In this document: positions 10,281 to 19,805 of the stretch, one piece after another | Layout: each line of letters begins with the position of its first letter | Numbering within the stretch: the stretch's first letter is position 1 | Assembly: GCF_000195755.1 (NCBI RefSeq) | Contig: NC_002937.3 | Span: 2,610,001-2,642,000 of the forward strand | Direction: 5' to 3' | DNA: 32,000 nucleotides | Source of the DNA: Nitratidesulfovibrio vulgaris str. Hildenborough | GTDB taxonomy: Bacteria > Desulfobacterota > Desulfovibrionia > Desulfovibrionales > Desulfovibrionaceae | Program-made: the position numbers and the translations under genes | Notes under the pieces: generated by a model | Databases searched by the model: none | The model's input: the letters and a program-made list of their open reading frames with translations, nothing else | Told to the model about the DNA's origin: nothing

Positions 10281-11706
10281 CGTGAACCTCTGCGGTGGCG
10301 AAGGCGTCACCGAAGGCGGCGCGCAGGACTTCGAGCCTGTTCCCGCGTGAACCCTTGAAAAGCACATGGGCCGATGCAAGGCCCAGCGACGCGAAACGGT
10401 CGACGAAGCTGGCGGTGTCATCGACTGCGCAGAAGAGCCCGCCATACCCGCCAAGACGCAAGCCCATGGCTACGGCTTCGGCGTTGCCGCCCTTCCAGAA
10501 GACGGCCCGCGCCCCGGTGGTGGCCAATTGCCTGCCGAGACGCTCATGCGCGTCGGCGGCCTCTTCACCGAGTTCGAGCATCTCGCCAAGTACGAAGACC
10601 AGTGGCCCGCCAGCAGCCATCTCCGTGACAGCCTCGACCATGCGGGCCGATGAGAGCGGATTGGCGTTGTAGGTGTCGTCGATGCAGACGAAGCCGCCCA
10701 CCGTCGCGCAGGCGAAACGTTGGCGCGGCAGCACGGCCTCTGCCAGCCCCGCGGCAATCTCCTCGCCGGAAAGCCCGCACAGATGCGCGGCGGCGGCCAC
10801 GGCTGCAACGTTCTCGGCACCGAACGCCCCACGGAAGGGCGCGACGACCTCATGGACCGAACCGTCGAGCCATACACGGTAACGCCCGCGCACGCCGCCG
10901 TCGCTCCCTGCGGCGTCGGCAACAGGCCCGTCATAGGCCGCCCGGTAGCCCACCCCACGACCCGATGCGGAAAAGAACTGCAACCTGCGGCACACGCTAC
11001 GCGCCTCGCGCACGAGGTCGTCATAATCGGCGCAGACAAGCCCCGTACCGCCTTCGGCCAGATGAGCCAGCAGCCGCGACTTGTAGTAGGCCACGCCCCG
11101 GTCGCCCAGACCGGCCACATGCCCCTGCCCGACATTGAGCACCAGCCCGATGTCGGGCCGCAGCACGGCACCGAGTTCGTCCATGTCCTGCGGCTGGCTG
11201 ATGCCCGCCTCCATGACCCAGAAAGACTCGTTGCCTGTGGCTTCGAGCATGGAGAGAGGCAGCCCTATCTGGTTGTTGAGATTGAGCGGATTGCGTGCCG
11301 TATCACCCCGCACGCCAAGCACCTGCGCCAGAAGTTCCTTCACGGTGGTCTTGCCTGCCGTGCCTGTGACGCCCACGACGCGGGCCTTCGACCGCATGCG
11401 ATGCAGGTTGGCGAGTCTGCCGAGGGCCTTCACGCTGTCGTCGACGACCATAATGGTCACGTCGGCGGATGGGCACTCCCCGTTGAACGGGTCGCGTTCA
11501 GCGATGAGGACGCGTGCGCCCTGCCGCACCACATCGGCGGCAAAATCATGTCCGTCGAAACGCTCACCCCTGATGCAGACGAAGAGGTCGCCCGGCGCGA
11601 CCTTGCGGCTGTCGGAACGCACGGCGGCGAAGGTCGCGTCGCCCTGCGCGCCGAGTATCGCCCCTGCCCCGAGGGACTCGCGCATTTCGTTCGGTGTCAG
11701 TTGCAC
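10270..11706 (-). CDS. murF: UDP-MurNAc-tripeptide--D-alanyl-D-alanine ligase MurF
   Basis: 478-aa ORF with the P-loop [15 protein letters not shown] and DDTYNANP. It lies between murE and mraY, and its start overlaps the murE stop by 10 nt. Confidence 0.9.
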   Translation of the reverse strand: MQLTPNEMRESLGAGAILGAQGDATFAAVRSDSRKVAPGDLFVCIRGERFDGHDFAADVVRQGARVLIAERDPFNGECPSADVTIMVVDDSVKALGRLANLHRMRSKARVVGVTGTAGKTTVKELLAQVLGVRGDTARNPLNLNNQIGLPLSMLEATGNESFWVMEAGISQPQDMDELGAVLRPDIGLVLNVGQGHVAGLGDRGVAYYKSRLLAHLAEGGTGLVCADYDDLVREARSVCRRLQFFSASGRGVGYRAAYDGPVADAAGSDGGVRGRYRVWLDGSVHEVVAPFRGAFGAENVAAVAAAAHLCGLSGEEIAAGLAEAVLPRQRFACATVGGFVCIDDTYNANPLSSARMVEAVTEMAAGGPLVFVLGEMLELGEEAADAHERLGRQLATTGARAVFWKGGNAEAVAMGLRLGGYGGLFCAVDDTASFVDRFASLGLASAHVLFKGSRGNRLEVLRAAFGDAFATAEVHDAL

Positions 11707-13157
11707 CCAAGAATCTCCCGGATGGTCTGTTGGTCGCTGAAAGGCAGCTTGCGGTCGCCCACCTGCTGATAGTCCTCATGCCCCTTGCCTGCCACGAGAA
11801 GCGCGTCTCCGGGACGCAGCATCTCCAACGCAAGGGCGATGGCCTTGCGCCTGTCGGCCTCCGCCACGACCTCACGCGCCCCGGCAAGGCCGGGCTTCAC
11901 GTCTTCCATGATGGCGAGCGGGTCTTCATGGCGGGGGTTGTCGGACGTGAGGACGGCCACGTCGGCATGTGCGGCCACGGCAGCGCCCATGAGGGGGCGT
12001 TTGGTGCGGTCGCGGTTGCCGCCGCAGCCGAAGACCGTGACGATGCGCGTGAAGCCCACATCGCGCAACGCGCGCAGCACGTTGACGAGGGCGTCCGGCG
12101 TATGGGCGTAATCGACGAAAACGTCAAGCCCCCGGTCGTTGGTGATACGCTCCAACCTGCCGGGAACTCCGGTGAAATTTTCAAGATGAACAAAATCGGC
12201 GGGCGAGAGGCCAAGCCCGAGACCCACGGCCTGAACGGCCAGCAGGTTCGAGGCGTTGTGTGCGCCCACGAGCGGAGAGTCGACCTCCCACGTGCGGCCC
12301 TCGAAGTGCATGCGCAGGTGAACGCCCGCAGTCGAGCAGCGCAGCATCTCACCATGCAGGTGCCTCGTTCCGGACACGGGCGCACCGGTGAGGGCGAAAC
12401 CGACTGCACCCGGCAGGTCGGCGAGCAGACGCCGCCCCCAGGGGTCGTCGGCATTGACGGCACAATGCTTGCCGACTTCCGGCAACTCCCTGAAAAGGCG
12501 TGCCTTGGCGTTGAAGTAGGTCTCCATGTCGCCATGGTAGTCGAGGTGGTCTTGCGTGAGGTTGGTGAGCACCGCCCCGGCGAAACGTATGCCCGCGACC
12601 CGCTCCTGATCAAGCGCGTGCGACGACACTTCCATGAAGGCGACATCCACACCCGCACCCGCCATCTGGCCAAGCATCTCGTGTAGTTGCAGACAGTCTG
12701 GAGTGGTCAGCGGGGCGGCCTCGACATGCCCGGGCCACCGGTAACTTACCGTTCCGAGCACGCCGCACCGGCGGCCTGCCGAGGCGAAAAGATGTTCGAG
12801 CAGGTAGGTTATCGTCGTCTTGCCGTTCGTACCTGTCACGCCGACAACGGGAAAGGGCAACGATGCCGTGCCGTAACGCGCCTGCCCGAGCGCACCGAGC
12901 GCGGCGCGGGGGTCGTCATGCACAGCCACGGCAAAGGCGGCTTCCGGCAGGTGTTGCAGGCCGTCTGCACGGCACACGACCATGGTCGCCCCCTGCGCCA
13001 CCGCCTGCGTGATGAAGGCGGCCCCGTCCACGGCGACGCCGGGAACGGCCACGAAAACGTCGCCCGGACCGACTCTGCGCGAATCGGTCCGTATCTGTGG
13101 GAGGGTCGCGGCAACGCGCCCGAGAAGGGTATCGAACGTCACTTGTTCAGGTTTCAT
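11697..13157 (-). CDS. murE: UDP-MurNAc-L-Ala-D-Glu--2,6-diaminopimelate ligase MurE
   Basis: The ORF track starts at 13202. I prefer the ATG at 13157-13155 (MKPEQVTF), which forms an ATGA overlap with the ftsI stop (13154-13156). Motifs present: GVTGTNGKTT P-loop, and LTSDNPRHEDP (the DNPR motif characteristic of MurE). The 13202 start remains possible. Confidence 0.9.
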   Translation of the reverse strand: MKPEQVTFDTLLGRVAATLPQIRTDSRRVGPGDVFVAVPGVAVDGAAFITQAVAQGATMVVCRADGLQHLPEAAFAVAVHDDPRAALGALGQARYGTASLPFPVVGVTGTNGKTTITYLLEHLFASAGRRCGVLGTVSYRWPGHVEAAPLTTPDCLQLHEMLGQMAGAGVDVAFMEVSSHALDQERVAGIRFAGAVLTNLTQDHLDYHGDMETYFNAKARLFRELPEVGKHCAVNADDPWGRRLLADLPGAVGFALTGAPVSGTRHLHGEMLRCSTAGVHLRMHFEGRTWEVDSPLVGAHNASNLLAVQAVGLGLGLSPADFVHLENFTGVPGRLERITNDRGLDVFVDYAHTPDALVNVLRALRDVGFTRIVTVFGCGGNRDRTKRPLMGAAVAAHADVAVLTSDNPRHEDPLAIMEDVKPGLAGAREVVAEADRRKAIALALEMLRPGDALLVAGKGHEDYQQVGDRKLPFSDQQTIREILGCN

Positions 13158-15226
13158 GATCGCTCCGAAAGCCACAGTATGTATTCCTTGTCGTCCTGCC
13201 ATGCGGCTCCCGGCTCGGGCGACTGCTTGACCACCGTCTGTCCCGTTCCCTTGAGGACGGGCACCCTGCCCTTCGTGGCGAACATCTCCACGGCACGGCG
13301 CACGGGCTTGCCCACCACATCCGGCACGTTGTCGGCGGTCTCGATGACACGCTCCGAGATCTCGCGCCTGACTTCCTGACGGATATCCTGCGGCGCACCC
13401 TTCTTCTGCACCTCGGCGACCTTGAGGTCGTCGGTGTCGACCGGTTCCGGCAGCAGGCCGTGGTAGGCCATTGTACGCAGGGCCACATGCTTGAACACCG
13501 GGGCCGCAACTACACCGCCGTAGGGGCTGCGCGTGGGTTCGTCGACCATGACGAAGATGAGGTAGCGCGGGCGGTCGATGGGTACGAGGCCCACGAACGA
13601 GGCAAGACGCCCCTTGCCGTAAGACCCCGAACTGTCGGCCTTCTGCGCCGTACCCGTCTTGCCGCCGATGGTGATGCCAGCGATGCGCGCACGCGTTCCG
13701 GTGCCGTCCTCCTCGACAACGTCGCGAAGCATGTCCATCACCTGCCGGGCGACCTTGTGCGAGAAGATGCGGCGCGGTTCTGCGGCCACGGCCACGCCGG
13801 GGCCCACGGGCGACGGGGACGGCACGACGTCCTGCTGCTGTGCACCGTTTTCAGGGATGAAGAGACGCAACTTCTTCAGCACGCCATCATTGGCAAGGGT
13901 GAGGTACCCCTGTGCCATCTGCAACGCGGTGACCGAAACACTCTGCCCGAACGAGGCGGTGATGAGGTCGGCTTCGCTCCAGTCACGGGGTTTGCGCAGA
14001 ATGCCCTTGCTCTCTGCCACGGGCACGCCGGTACGTTCGCCGAAGCCGAGCTTGACAAGATAGTCGTGGTAACGACGCGTTCCCAGTTCCAGACCGATCT
14101 TCGCGCACCCGATGTTGCTGGAGTAGCGCATGATCTTGTTGACGGGCAGCCAGTCGTAGCTGTGGGTGTCGCGGATGTTGATGGTGCGCGTCTTCCACTT
14201 GCCCTTCTCGCAGTAGAAGAGCGTGTCGGGCGTGATGACGCCCTCCTGAAGTCCTGCGGCGACGAGGAAGGGCTTGAATGTGGAACCGGGTTCGAGCGCA
14301 TCGCTCGCAAGACGGTTGCGCCAGCGGGCCGGCGTGTATTCCCTGTAGGCGTTGGGATTGAAGAAGGGGTACTGTGCCCACGCGAGGATGTCGCCACTCT
14401 GCACGTCGACCACCAGTGCGCCACCCCATTTGGCCTCGTAGGTGTCGACGGCGTCGGCAAGGGCCTCTTCGGCGAAGAACTGCACCTGCATGTCAATGGT
14501 CAGGCGCACATCGCCACCGCGGATGTCGTTGTCCGAAGAACCGGGAAGGTAGAAGCGTCTGCCTGCGGCATCCCGTTCCATGACCATGCGGGTGGATGTT
14601 CCCGCCAGCGAATCGTCCATGGCGCGTTCGACGCCCTCCAGCCCCTTGTCGTCGAGACCGACGAAGCCGAGCAGCTGTCCGGCCATCTGGCGGAAGGGGT
14701 AGATGCGTTCGTATTCCGTGGTCAGGCCCACCCCGGAAAGCTTCGCCTCGCGCACGAGGTTGGCCTTGCGGTCGTCCACCTTGCGGGCAAGCCATGCGAA
14801 ACGCCGACGTTCCGAGAGGGCCGCACGCACCTGCGGCAAGGGCAGGTCGAGGCACCGCGACAGAACAGCGGCCGTGTTGTCCACATCCTGCACTTCGAGA
14901 GGATGCACATAGACCGAGCGCATCTCGACGCTACGTGCCAGCACCTGGCCGTTGCGGTCGAGGATGGAACCGCGCTGGCCCGTCACGAGTTCGGCAGCCA
15001 CATGCTGCCGCCGGGCCATGCCCGCAAGCCTGTCACCTTCGATGACCTGCACGTGCCATGCGCGCATCCACAGCAGACACCAGATGACACCGAACAGCCC
15101 GGCCACTGCCTTGATGCGCAGCCTGCCCCAATCCACATTGCCAAGGCGCGACGAAAGCCCCCCGCCCATGCGGGAGGTCTTCTGGCGCGTGTTGCGCGTC
15201 TTGCGTGGTGTCTTGGCCCTCAGCAT
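13154..15226 (-). CDS. ftsI: Division-specific class B penicillin-binding protein (FtsI/PBP3-like transpeptidase)
   Basis: 690-aa ORF with a basic N-terminus and one TM segment. It carries the transpeptidase triad motifs PGSTFKPF (SxxK), RYSSNIG (SxN) and GGKTGTAQ (KTG). It lies between ftsL and murE. Confidence 0.9.
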   Translation of the reverse strand: MLRAKTPRKTRNTRQKTSRMGGGLSSRLGNVDWGRLRIKAVAGLFGVIWCLLWMRAWHVQVIEGDRLAGMARRQHVAAELVTGQRGSILDRNGQVLARSVEMRSVYVHPLEVQDVDNTAAVLSRCLDLPLPQVRAALSERRRFAWLARKVDDRKANLVREAKLSGVGLTTEYERIYPFRQMAGQLLGFVGLDDKGLEGVERAMDDSLAGTSTRMVMERDAAGRRFYLPGSSDNDIRGGDVRLTIDMQVQFFAEEALADAVDTYEAKWGGALVVDVQSGDILAWAQYPFFNPNAYREYTPARWRNRLASDALEPGSTFKPFLVAAGLQEGVITPDTLFYCEKGKWKTRTINIRDTHSYDWLPVNKIMRYSSNIGCAKIGLELGTRRYHDYLVKLGFGERTGVPVAESKGILRKPRDWSEADLITASFGQSVSVTALQMAQGYLTLANDGVLKKLRLFIPENGAQQQDVVPSPSPVGPGVAVAAEPRRIFSHKVARQVMDMLRDVVEEDGTGTRARIAGITIGGKTGTAQKADSSGSYGKGRLASFVGLVPIDRPRYLIFVMVDEPTRSPYGGVVAAPVFKHVALRTMAYHGLLPEPVDTDDLKVAEVQKKGAPQDIRQEVRREISERVIETADNVPDVVGKPVRRAVEMFATKGRVPVLKGTGQTVVKQSPEPGAAWQDDKEYILWLSERS

Positions 15227-15240
15227 ACTTCTCCGGCGGG

Positions 15241-15528
15241 CTACAGTCCGCCATCTCCCAGTCGACGTATCTGCCCCTGCCGCGCGTCCCTCATGCCGAG
15301 GGCAACGGCCTTGCGCCCCAGTTCATAGGGCGAGAGCAGCCTGTCACGTTCCACTTCGAGTTTGGCCTTCAGGCTTTGCCTGTCTTCAAGTTCGCCCTGC
15401 ATCCGGCGCAGGTTGTAGGCCATGTCCATACGTTCGATGTTCAGCCACACCAGCGAAAGACCGATGACGAGGGAACTGAGCACGGAGAGGATGATGGCGA
15501 GAAGCCAGCCGCCCATACCCTGACGCAC
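15241..15528 (-). CDS. ftsL: Cell division protein FtsL
   Basis: 95-aa ORF with one N-terminal TM segment (WLLAIILSVLSSLVIGLSLVWL), followed by a heptad-like helix and the FtsL-family tail LLSPYELGRKAVALGM. It is in the canonical slot between rsmH and ftsI. Confidence 0.75.
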   Translation of the reverse strand: MRQGMGGWLLAIILSVLSSLVIGLSLVWLNIERMDMAYNLRRMQGELEDRQSLKAKLEVERDRLLSPYELGRKAVALGMRDARQGQIRRLGDGGL

Positions 15529-15530
15529 GG

Positions 15531-16502
15531 TTATACCTTCTCCGCCGCACGCAGTTTGGCGCTCGAGGCGCGCGGATTGCGGGCCAGTTCACCATCGGTC
15601 GCCGTGACCGGTCTCTTCGTGAGTATCCGCACCTCGGGGCTATGCCCGCAGACACAACGGGGCACATGCCGGGGGCAGCGGCACCCTTCCGCCCAGTGGC
15701 GCATACGATGTTTGACGATGCGGTCTTCCAGCGAATGAAAGCTTATGACCACAAGCCGACCGCCGGGGGCGAGTCGGGCGAGGATGGCATCGAGGAATCT
15801 CTCAAGTTCGCCCAGTTCGTCGTTGACGGCCATACGCAACGCCTGGAAGGTGCGCGTGGCCGGATGGTTGCGGGCCGTGGCCCGCCACTTGGCGGGATAG
15901 GCGCGCTCGACGATGGCGGCAAGTTGCAGCGTGGTGTCGATGGAACCGGTATTGCGGGCGTCGACGATGGCACGGGCGATGCGCCCCGCCATGGGCTCTT
16001 CGCCGTAGCGGGCGATGATGTCCCTGAGCACTTCGTGACGTTCACGGTTCACGAGGCGCCACGCCGATTCGTGGGCGTCGGGGTCCATACGCATGTCGAG
16101 CGGCCCGTCGGCATGGAAGCTGAAACCGCGTTCGGCGAGGTCTATCTGCATGGATGAGACGCCGATGTCGATGAGTGCACCGTCCACAGTGGGCCAGCCG
16201 AGGTCGTCGAGAGCCTCTTCGAACTCGCTGTAACGCAGGTGGTACAGATGGGTCTGCCCGGCGAAAGGCGCAAGGCGCGCCGTGGCGCGACGCAGGGCCT
16301 CGGGGTCGCGGTCGAGGCCGCACAGTTCAGTTCCCTCACCCGCCCGTTCGAGCACCGCACTGGCGTGCCCCGCCAGCCCCAGCGTCCCGTCGAGGTACCG
16401 CCCGCCCTTGCGCGGGGCGAGATACTCAAGCACCTCTTCCAGCAGCACGGGGATATGGGCAGCCCACTCGGGCGCCGTCATGTTCTCAGGATGCTCGCTC
16501 AT
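15531..16502 (-). CDS. rsmH: 16S rRNA (cytosine1402-N4)-methyltransferase RsmH/MraW
   Basis: 323-aa ORF with motifs HIPVLLEEVLEYL, DGTLGLAGHA, DIGVSSMQ and SFHSLEDRIVK. Confidence 0.95.
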   Translation of the reverse strand: MSEHPENMTAPEWAAHIPVLLEEVLEYLAPRKGGRYLDGTLGLAGHASAVLERAGEGTELCGLDRDPEALRRATARLAPFAGQTHLYHLRYSEFEEALDDLGWPTVDGALIDIGVSSMQIDLAERGFSFHADGPLDMRMDPDAHESAWRLVNRERHEVLRDIIARYGEEPMAGRIARAIVDARNTGSIDTTLQLAAIVERAYPAKWRATARNHPATRTFQALRMAVNDELGELERFLDAILARLAPGGRLVVISFHSLEDRIVKHRMRHWAEGCRCPRHVPRCVCGHSPEVRILTKRPVTATDGELARNPRASSAKLRAAEKV

Positions 16503-16515
16503 AACCCCGCCTGCG

Positions 16516-16965
16516 TCAGAAGCAGAAATCTATGCCGCTTTCGGCCAGTTCTTCAGTGACGTCATCGAAGTCCTGCGCCACGATGGCGTCGAACTTCGAC
16601 TGGTCCCATATCTCGAAACGGCTTCCCTGCCCGACCAGCACCACATCCTTGGTAAGTCCGGCATAGTCCATGTGCGAGCGCGAGACGCGCACCCGCCCCT
16701 GCGGGTCTGCCGTCATCTCCTCCGCGCCACCGATGACCAGCCTGCGAAAGTCGCGCATCTTGCGCGAGGGGTTCTTCAGGCGGTTGAACTTGTCTTCGAA
16801 CTCGACCCAGTCCGGATACGGGTAGCCCACGACGCAACCATCGAAACTCGTCAGCACGAGCTTGCCTTCCTCCGAGCGAGATAGCAGAATATCCCTGAAC
16901 TCGGGGGGCAGCATCAGCCGACCTTTGGGGTCGAGACTGCGATGAGAGCGTCCGCGAAACAGCAT
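16516..16965 (-). CDS. mraZ: Transcriptional regulator MraZ
   Basis: 149-aa ORF with two MraZ/AbrB-type half-domains, each carrying a DPKGR-type motif ([11 protein letters not shown] and [10 protein letters not shown]). It is the first gene of the dcw cluster. Confidence 0.95.
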
Positions 16966-16976
16966 GGGAGCACCTT

Positions 16977-17001
16977 ACCACGATTTACCACAATTTCCCA
17001 C
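16977..17001 (-). promoter_or_regulatory. Putative MraZ operator: three GTGG(G/T) direct repeats in 10-bp phase
   Basis: The minus strand reads GTGGG-AAATT-GTGGT-AAATC-GTGGT. On the plus strand these are CCCAC 16997-17001, ACCAC 16987-16991 and ACCAC 16977-16981. The array lies directly upstream of the mraZ ATG (16965), and the last box abuts the AAGGTG RBS. The layout matches the known MraZ box architecture of pentamer repeats with 5-nt spacers. Confidence 0.55.
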
Positions 17002-17003
17002 TT

Positions 17004-17030
17004 CATCTATGATAGAGCCCCGAGTGTCAA
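17004..17030 (-). promoter_or_regulatory. Candidate dcw promoter (Pmra-like)
   Basis: Minus-strand TTGACA (17030-17025) is followed after 15 nt by TAGATG (17009-17004). The -10 is weak and the spacer is short, so this is only a candidate. Confidence 0.3.
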
Positions 17031-17118
17031 TACGCTGAGAAGAGGAGTCTAGATATTATGTAGAAGTCTGGGGACAAACATCTTGACAAGACTAGACAAA
17101 TTGCGGAGAGCACACACT

Positions 17119-18528
17119 ATGCGCACAAAGATTATCGCCACCATCGGCCCCGCCTCCCGTTCGCACGAAGTCCTTTCACGCCTCGTCAATGCAGGCGTGG
17201 GCATCTTCCGCCTCAACTTCTCGCATGGCGACGCATCCATGTTCGTGGAGCTCATCGGGCTTCTGCGCGAACTGGAGCGTGAGAGCGGGCGCCCGCTCAC
17301 CATCCTGCAAGACCTTTCGGGCCCGAAGATACGGATAGGCGAAATCGCCAAGGGCGCGCTCTCCGTCTCCAAGGGTGACAGGCTCCTGCTGGGGCCCGCC
17401 CCTGCCCCCGCCGACAACCGCCCCTTCATTCCCTTCGACCATCCCGCCGTACTCGCCGAGTTCGAGATCGGCGACAGGGTGGTGCTCTCCGACGGCGGGC
17501 TGCAGTTCCGTGTCGTGGACAAGGGGCCGAACGGCACCTTCGAGCTCGAGGCCAACAACAACGGCATGATCACCTCGCGCAAGGGCCTCGCCCTGCCGGG
17601 CAAGTCGGTCAAGCTCGCCGCGCTCACGGCCAAGGACCGCAAAGACCTTGCCGACGGCCTCGCCCTCGGGGTCGACGCCGTGGCGCTCTCCTACGTGCAG
17701 ACCCCCGACGACATCCGCGACGCCAAGGAGATCATCCGCGCAGCGGGCCGCAACATCCCCGTCATCGCCAAGCTTGAAAGGCAGAACGCCGTGGACAGGC
17801 TCGACGAGATACTCGCCGAGACCGACATCGTCATGGTCGCCCGCGGCGACCTCGGCGTGGAGTGCCCGCTGCCCGAACTGCCCGCCATGCAGAAGCGCAT
17901 CATCCGAGCCTGCAACCGTGCGGCAAAGCCCGTCATCGTGGCGACGCAGATGCTCCTCTCCATGGTCAACAGCCCCTCGCCCACACGCGCCGAGACCACA
18001 GACGTGGCCAACGCAGTGCTGGACGGTGCCGACTGCGTGATGCTCTCCGAAGAGACGGCCATGGGCAGCTTCCCGGTGGAGACCGTCAATTTCATGAAGG
18101 AAATCGCCATGAAGGCCGAAGAGCTGCACTTCGAATTGCAGCGTCTTCGTGAGCCTGACGTGGGACGCGGTTCGGCCGACTTCCTCGCCTACTCCGCCTG
18201 CCTGCTGGCTGAGAAGGCCAACGCCGATGCCATCGTCTCGCACAGCCTGAGCGGCAGTTCGGCGCGGCTCATCTCCTCGCGCAGGCCGCAGCAGCCGGTC
18301 TATGCCATCACGCCTGACCCGGCAGCCCAGCGCTGGCTCAACTTCTCGTGGGGCGTGTTCCCCGAGGGGGGCGACGAAGGCATAAGCGGACACCTTGAGC
18401 GTGCAGAGGCGTTCATCGAACGCTGCCCGGACATCCCCGATGGGGCCGACGTGGTCATCACCGCCGGACAGCCGAAGCCGGGCGACACCCCGCGCGGCAC
18501 CAATCTGGTCAAGATTTACAGGAAATAG
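17119..18528 (+). CDS. pyk: Pyruvate kinase
   Basis: The ORF track starts at 17083. I prefer the ATG at 17119 (MRTKIIATIGPAS, the family-typical N-terminus), which has a GGAGAG RBS at 17105-17110. Motifs present: FRLNFSHG, MVARGDLGVE, ATQMLLSM. Confidence 0.93.
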   Translation: MRTKIIATIGPASRSHEVLSRLVNAGVGIFRLNFSHGDASMFVELIGLLRELERESGRPLTILQDLSGPKIRIGEIAKGALSVSKGDRLLLGPAPAPADNRPFIPFDHPAVLAEFEIGDRVVLSDGGLQFRVVDKGPNGTFELEANNNGMITSRKGLALPGKSVKLAALTAKDRKDLADGLALGVDAVALSYVQTPDDIRDAKEIIRAAGRNIPVIAKLERQNAVDRLDEILAETDIVMVARGDLGVECPLPELPAMQKRIIRACNRAAKPVIVATQMLLSMVNSPSPTRAETTDVANAVLDGADCVMLSEETAMGSFPVETVNFMKEIAMKAEELHFELQRLREPDVGRGSADFLAYSACLLAEKANADAIVSHSLSGSSARLISSRRPQQPVYAITPDPAAQRWLNFSWGVFPEGGDEGISGHLERAEAFIERCPDIPDGADVVITAGQPKPGDTPRGTNLVKIYRK

Positions 18529-18530
18529 GC

Positions 18531-19586
18531 ATGTGCGCGGTCAAAAGCCCCATCCCGGACAACATCTCCGAAGAGTACTACCAGATAAGCGCGGCGATTC
18601 TCTCGAGCTTTCCCAAGTATCGACCGCCTGTCGACCTCTTCCGTTTCCGGGACGACATCGCGCAACTCACGCCTTACAGCCGCAAGGGGCAGCGGCTTTC
18701 CAACGAACAGGTCGAAGAGGTCGCCCGCCTGTGTGACGAGGGCGACCTCTTCGTATCACGCACAGACCACCCCATCTATTCGCAGCACATCGTCAAGCAA
18801 CTCGACCTCATCCTCGTCGACAGGAATCTCAAGGAAAGCGAGGTGGCTGACATCTGCCTGCGCGCCCTGGCACTCCGCTTCAGCGACTTCGCCGACCAGC
18901 CCGTGCGCCCCGTGTTCGAGACCCTCTACAAGGACATGATGGTCTTCACCGAGTATCTCTGGCAGGACAGGCACCGCATCAAGCTCTTCATGCGGCGCCT
19001 CTTCCGCGAACACACACTGGCACAGCACTCGCTCAACACCCTTGCCGTGGGCCTCTGGCTTTTCATCAACTCCATGGGTGACGGGCTCAAACGACGCGAC
19101 CTCGACAGGGCCGCACTGGGCTTTTTGCTGCACGACCTCGGCATGGCGCGCATCCCCGCCTTCATCCTCTCCAAGACGACCCCGCTCAAGCCCGAAGAGC
19201 GCGACAAGATTCCCCTGCACCCCCTTTCGGGCATCAAGACGATGCACAAGCTGGGCCTTGCCTTCGACGAGATGCGACAAGCCGTACTCGAACATCATGA
19301 GCGGCTCGACGGTTCAGGCTACCCGCAGAAGCTCAAGGGCGAGCAGGTAAGCCGCATCGGCCGCATCGCCGCCGTCGCCGACTCGTTCAGCGCCATGATC
19401 GCCCAACGGCCCCACGCCCCCGCCAAGGAGCCCCTTGTCGCCGCACAGGAACTGGCAGCCGACCGCAACCGGTACGACACGCGCTACACAAGCCAGCTTC
19501 TGACCGCCTTCATGACCGGGGCGTTCTCCCGCGAAGGCGCGGCGACCACCGCCCTCGTCCTCGAAGCGCAGCCCACCCGCTCCTAG
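18531..19586 (+). CDS. HD-GYP domain phosphodiesterase (cyclic-di-nucleotide hydrolase family) with an uncharacterised N-terminal domain
   Basis: 351-aa ORF with the HD motif LLHDLGM and the signature HHERLDGSGYP. The ATG lies 2 nt after the pyk TAG, and an AGGA at 18520-18523 sits inside the pyk 3' end. Confidence 0.85.
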   Translation: MCAVKSPIPDNISEEYYQISAAILSSFPKYRPPVDLFRFRDDIAQLTPYSRKGQRLSNEQVEEVARLCDEGDLFVSRTDHPIYSQHIVKQLDLILVDRNLKESEVADICLRALALRFSDFADQPVRPVFETLYKDMMVFTEYLWQDRHRIKLFMRRLFREHTLAQHSLNTLAVGLWLFINSMGDGLKRRDLDRAALGFLLHDLGMARIPAFILSKTTPLKPEERDKIPLHPLSGIKTMHKLGLAFDEMRQAVLEHHERLDGSGYPQKLKGEQVSRIGRIAAVADSFSAMIAQRPHAPAKEPLVAAQELAADRNRYDTRYTSQLLTAFMTGAFSREGAATTALVLEAQPTRS

Positions 19587-19745
19587 ACGGCAACGGGTGT
19601 GCACCCCGCTTCCCTGTGCCCCTGCCTCCCACGATGACGCCCGTTCCCCTCAGGACGGCAAGGCACGAAAGGCGCTCACCTGCTCCGGAGTCGACACCGC
19701 CTGCCCGCACCTTTCGCAGGACACAAACGCCTCAGACAACAGAAA

Positions 19746-19765
19746 GGCCGCCCATGAGAGCGGCC
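19746..19765. terminator. Hairpin between convergent HD-GYP and CBS genes (possible bidirectional terminator)
   Basis: GGCCGC (19746-19751) pairs with GCGGCC (19760-19765) across an 8-nt loop. On the minus strand the hairpin is followed by TTTCTGTTGTCT. The stem is short. Confidence 0.4.
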
Positions 19766-19805
19766 GTCCTATTCCGTTGCCCGCGAACACGGGCACATGA
19801 TGCGA

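Noticed and set aside
10281-10454. A 58-aa N-terminal extension of mraY overlapping the murF 3' end.
   Set aside because: It lies entirely inside murF in another frame. The conserved MraY N-terminus (MLYNLLYPL) begins at 10280 with a typical short overlap of the murF stop.
17083-17088. TTGACA upstream of pyk, as a possible -35 box.
   Set aside because: No acceptable -10 hexamer lies 16-18 nt downstream; the position is occupied by the GGAGAG RBS. The pyk promoter therefore remains unassigned.
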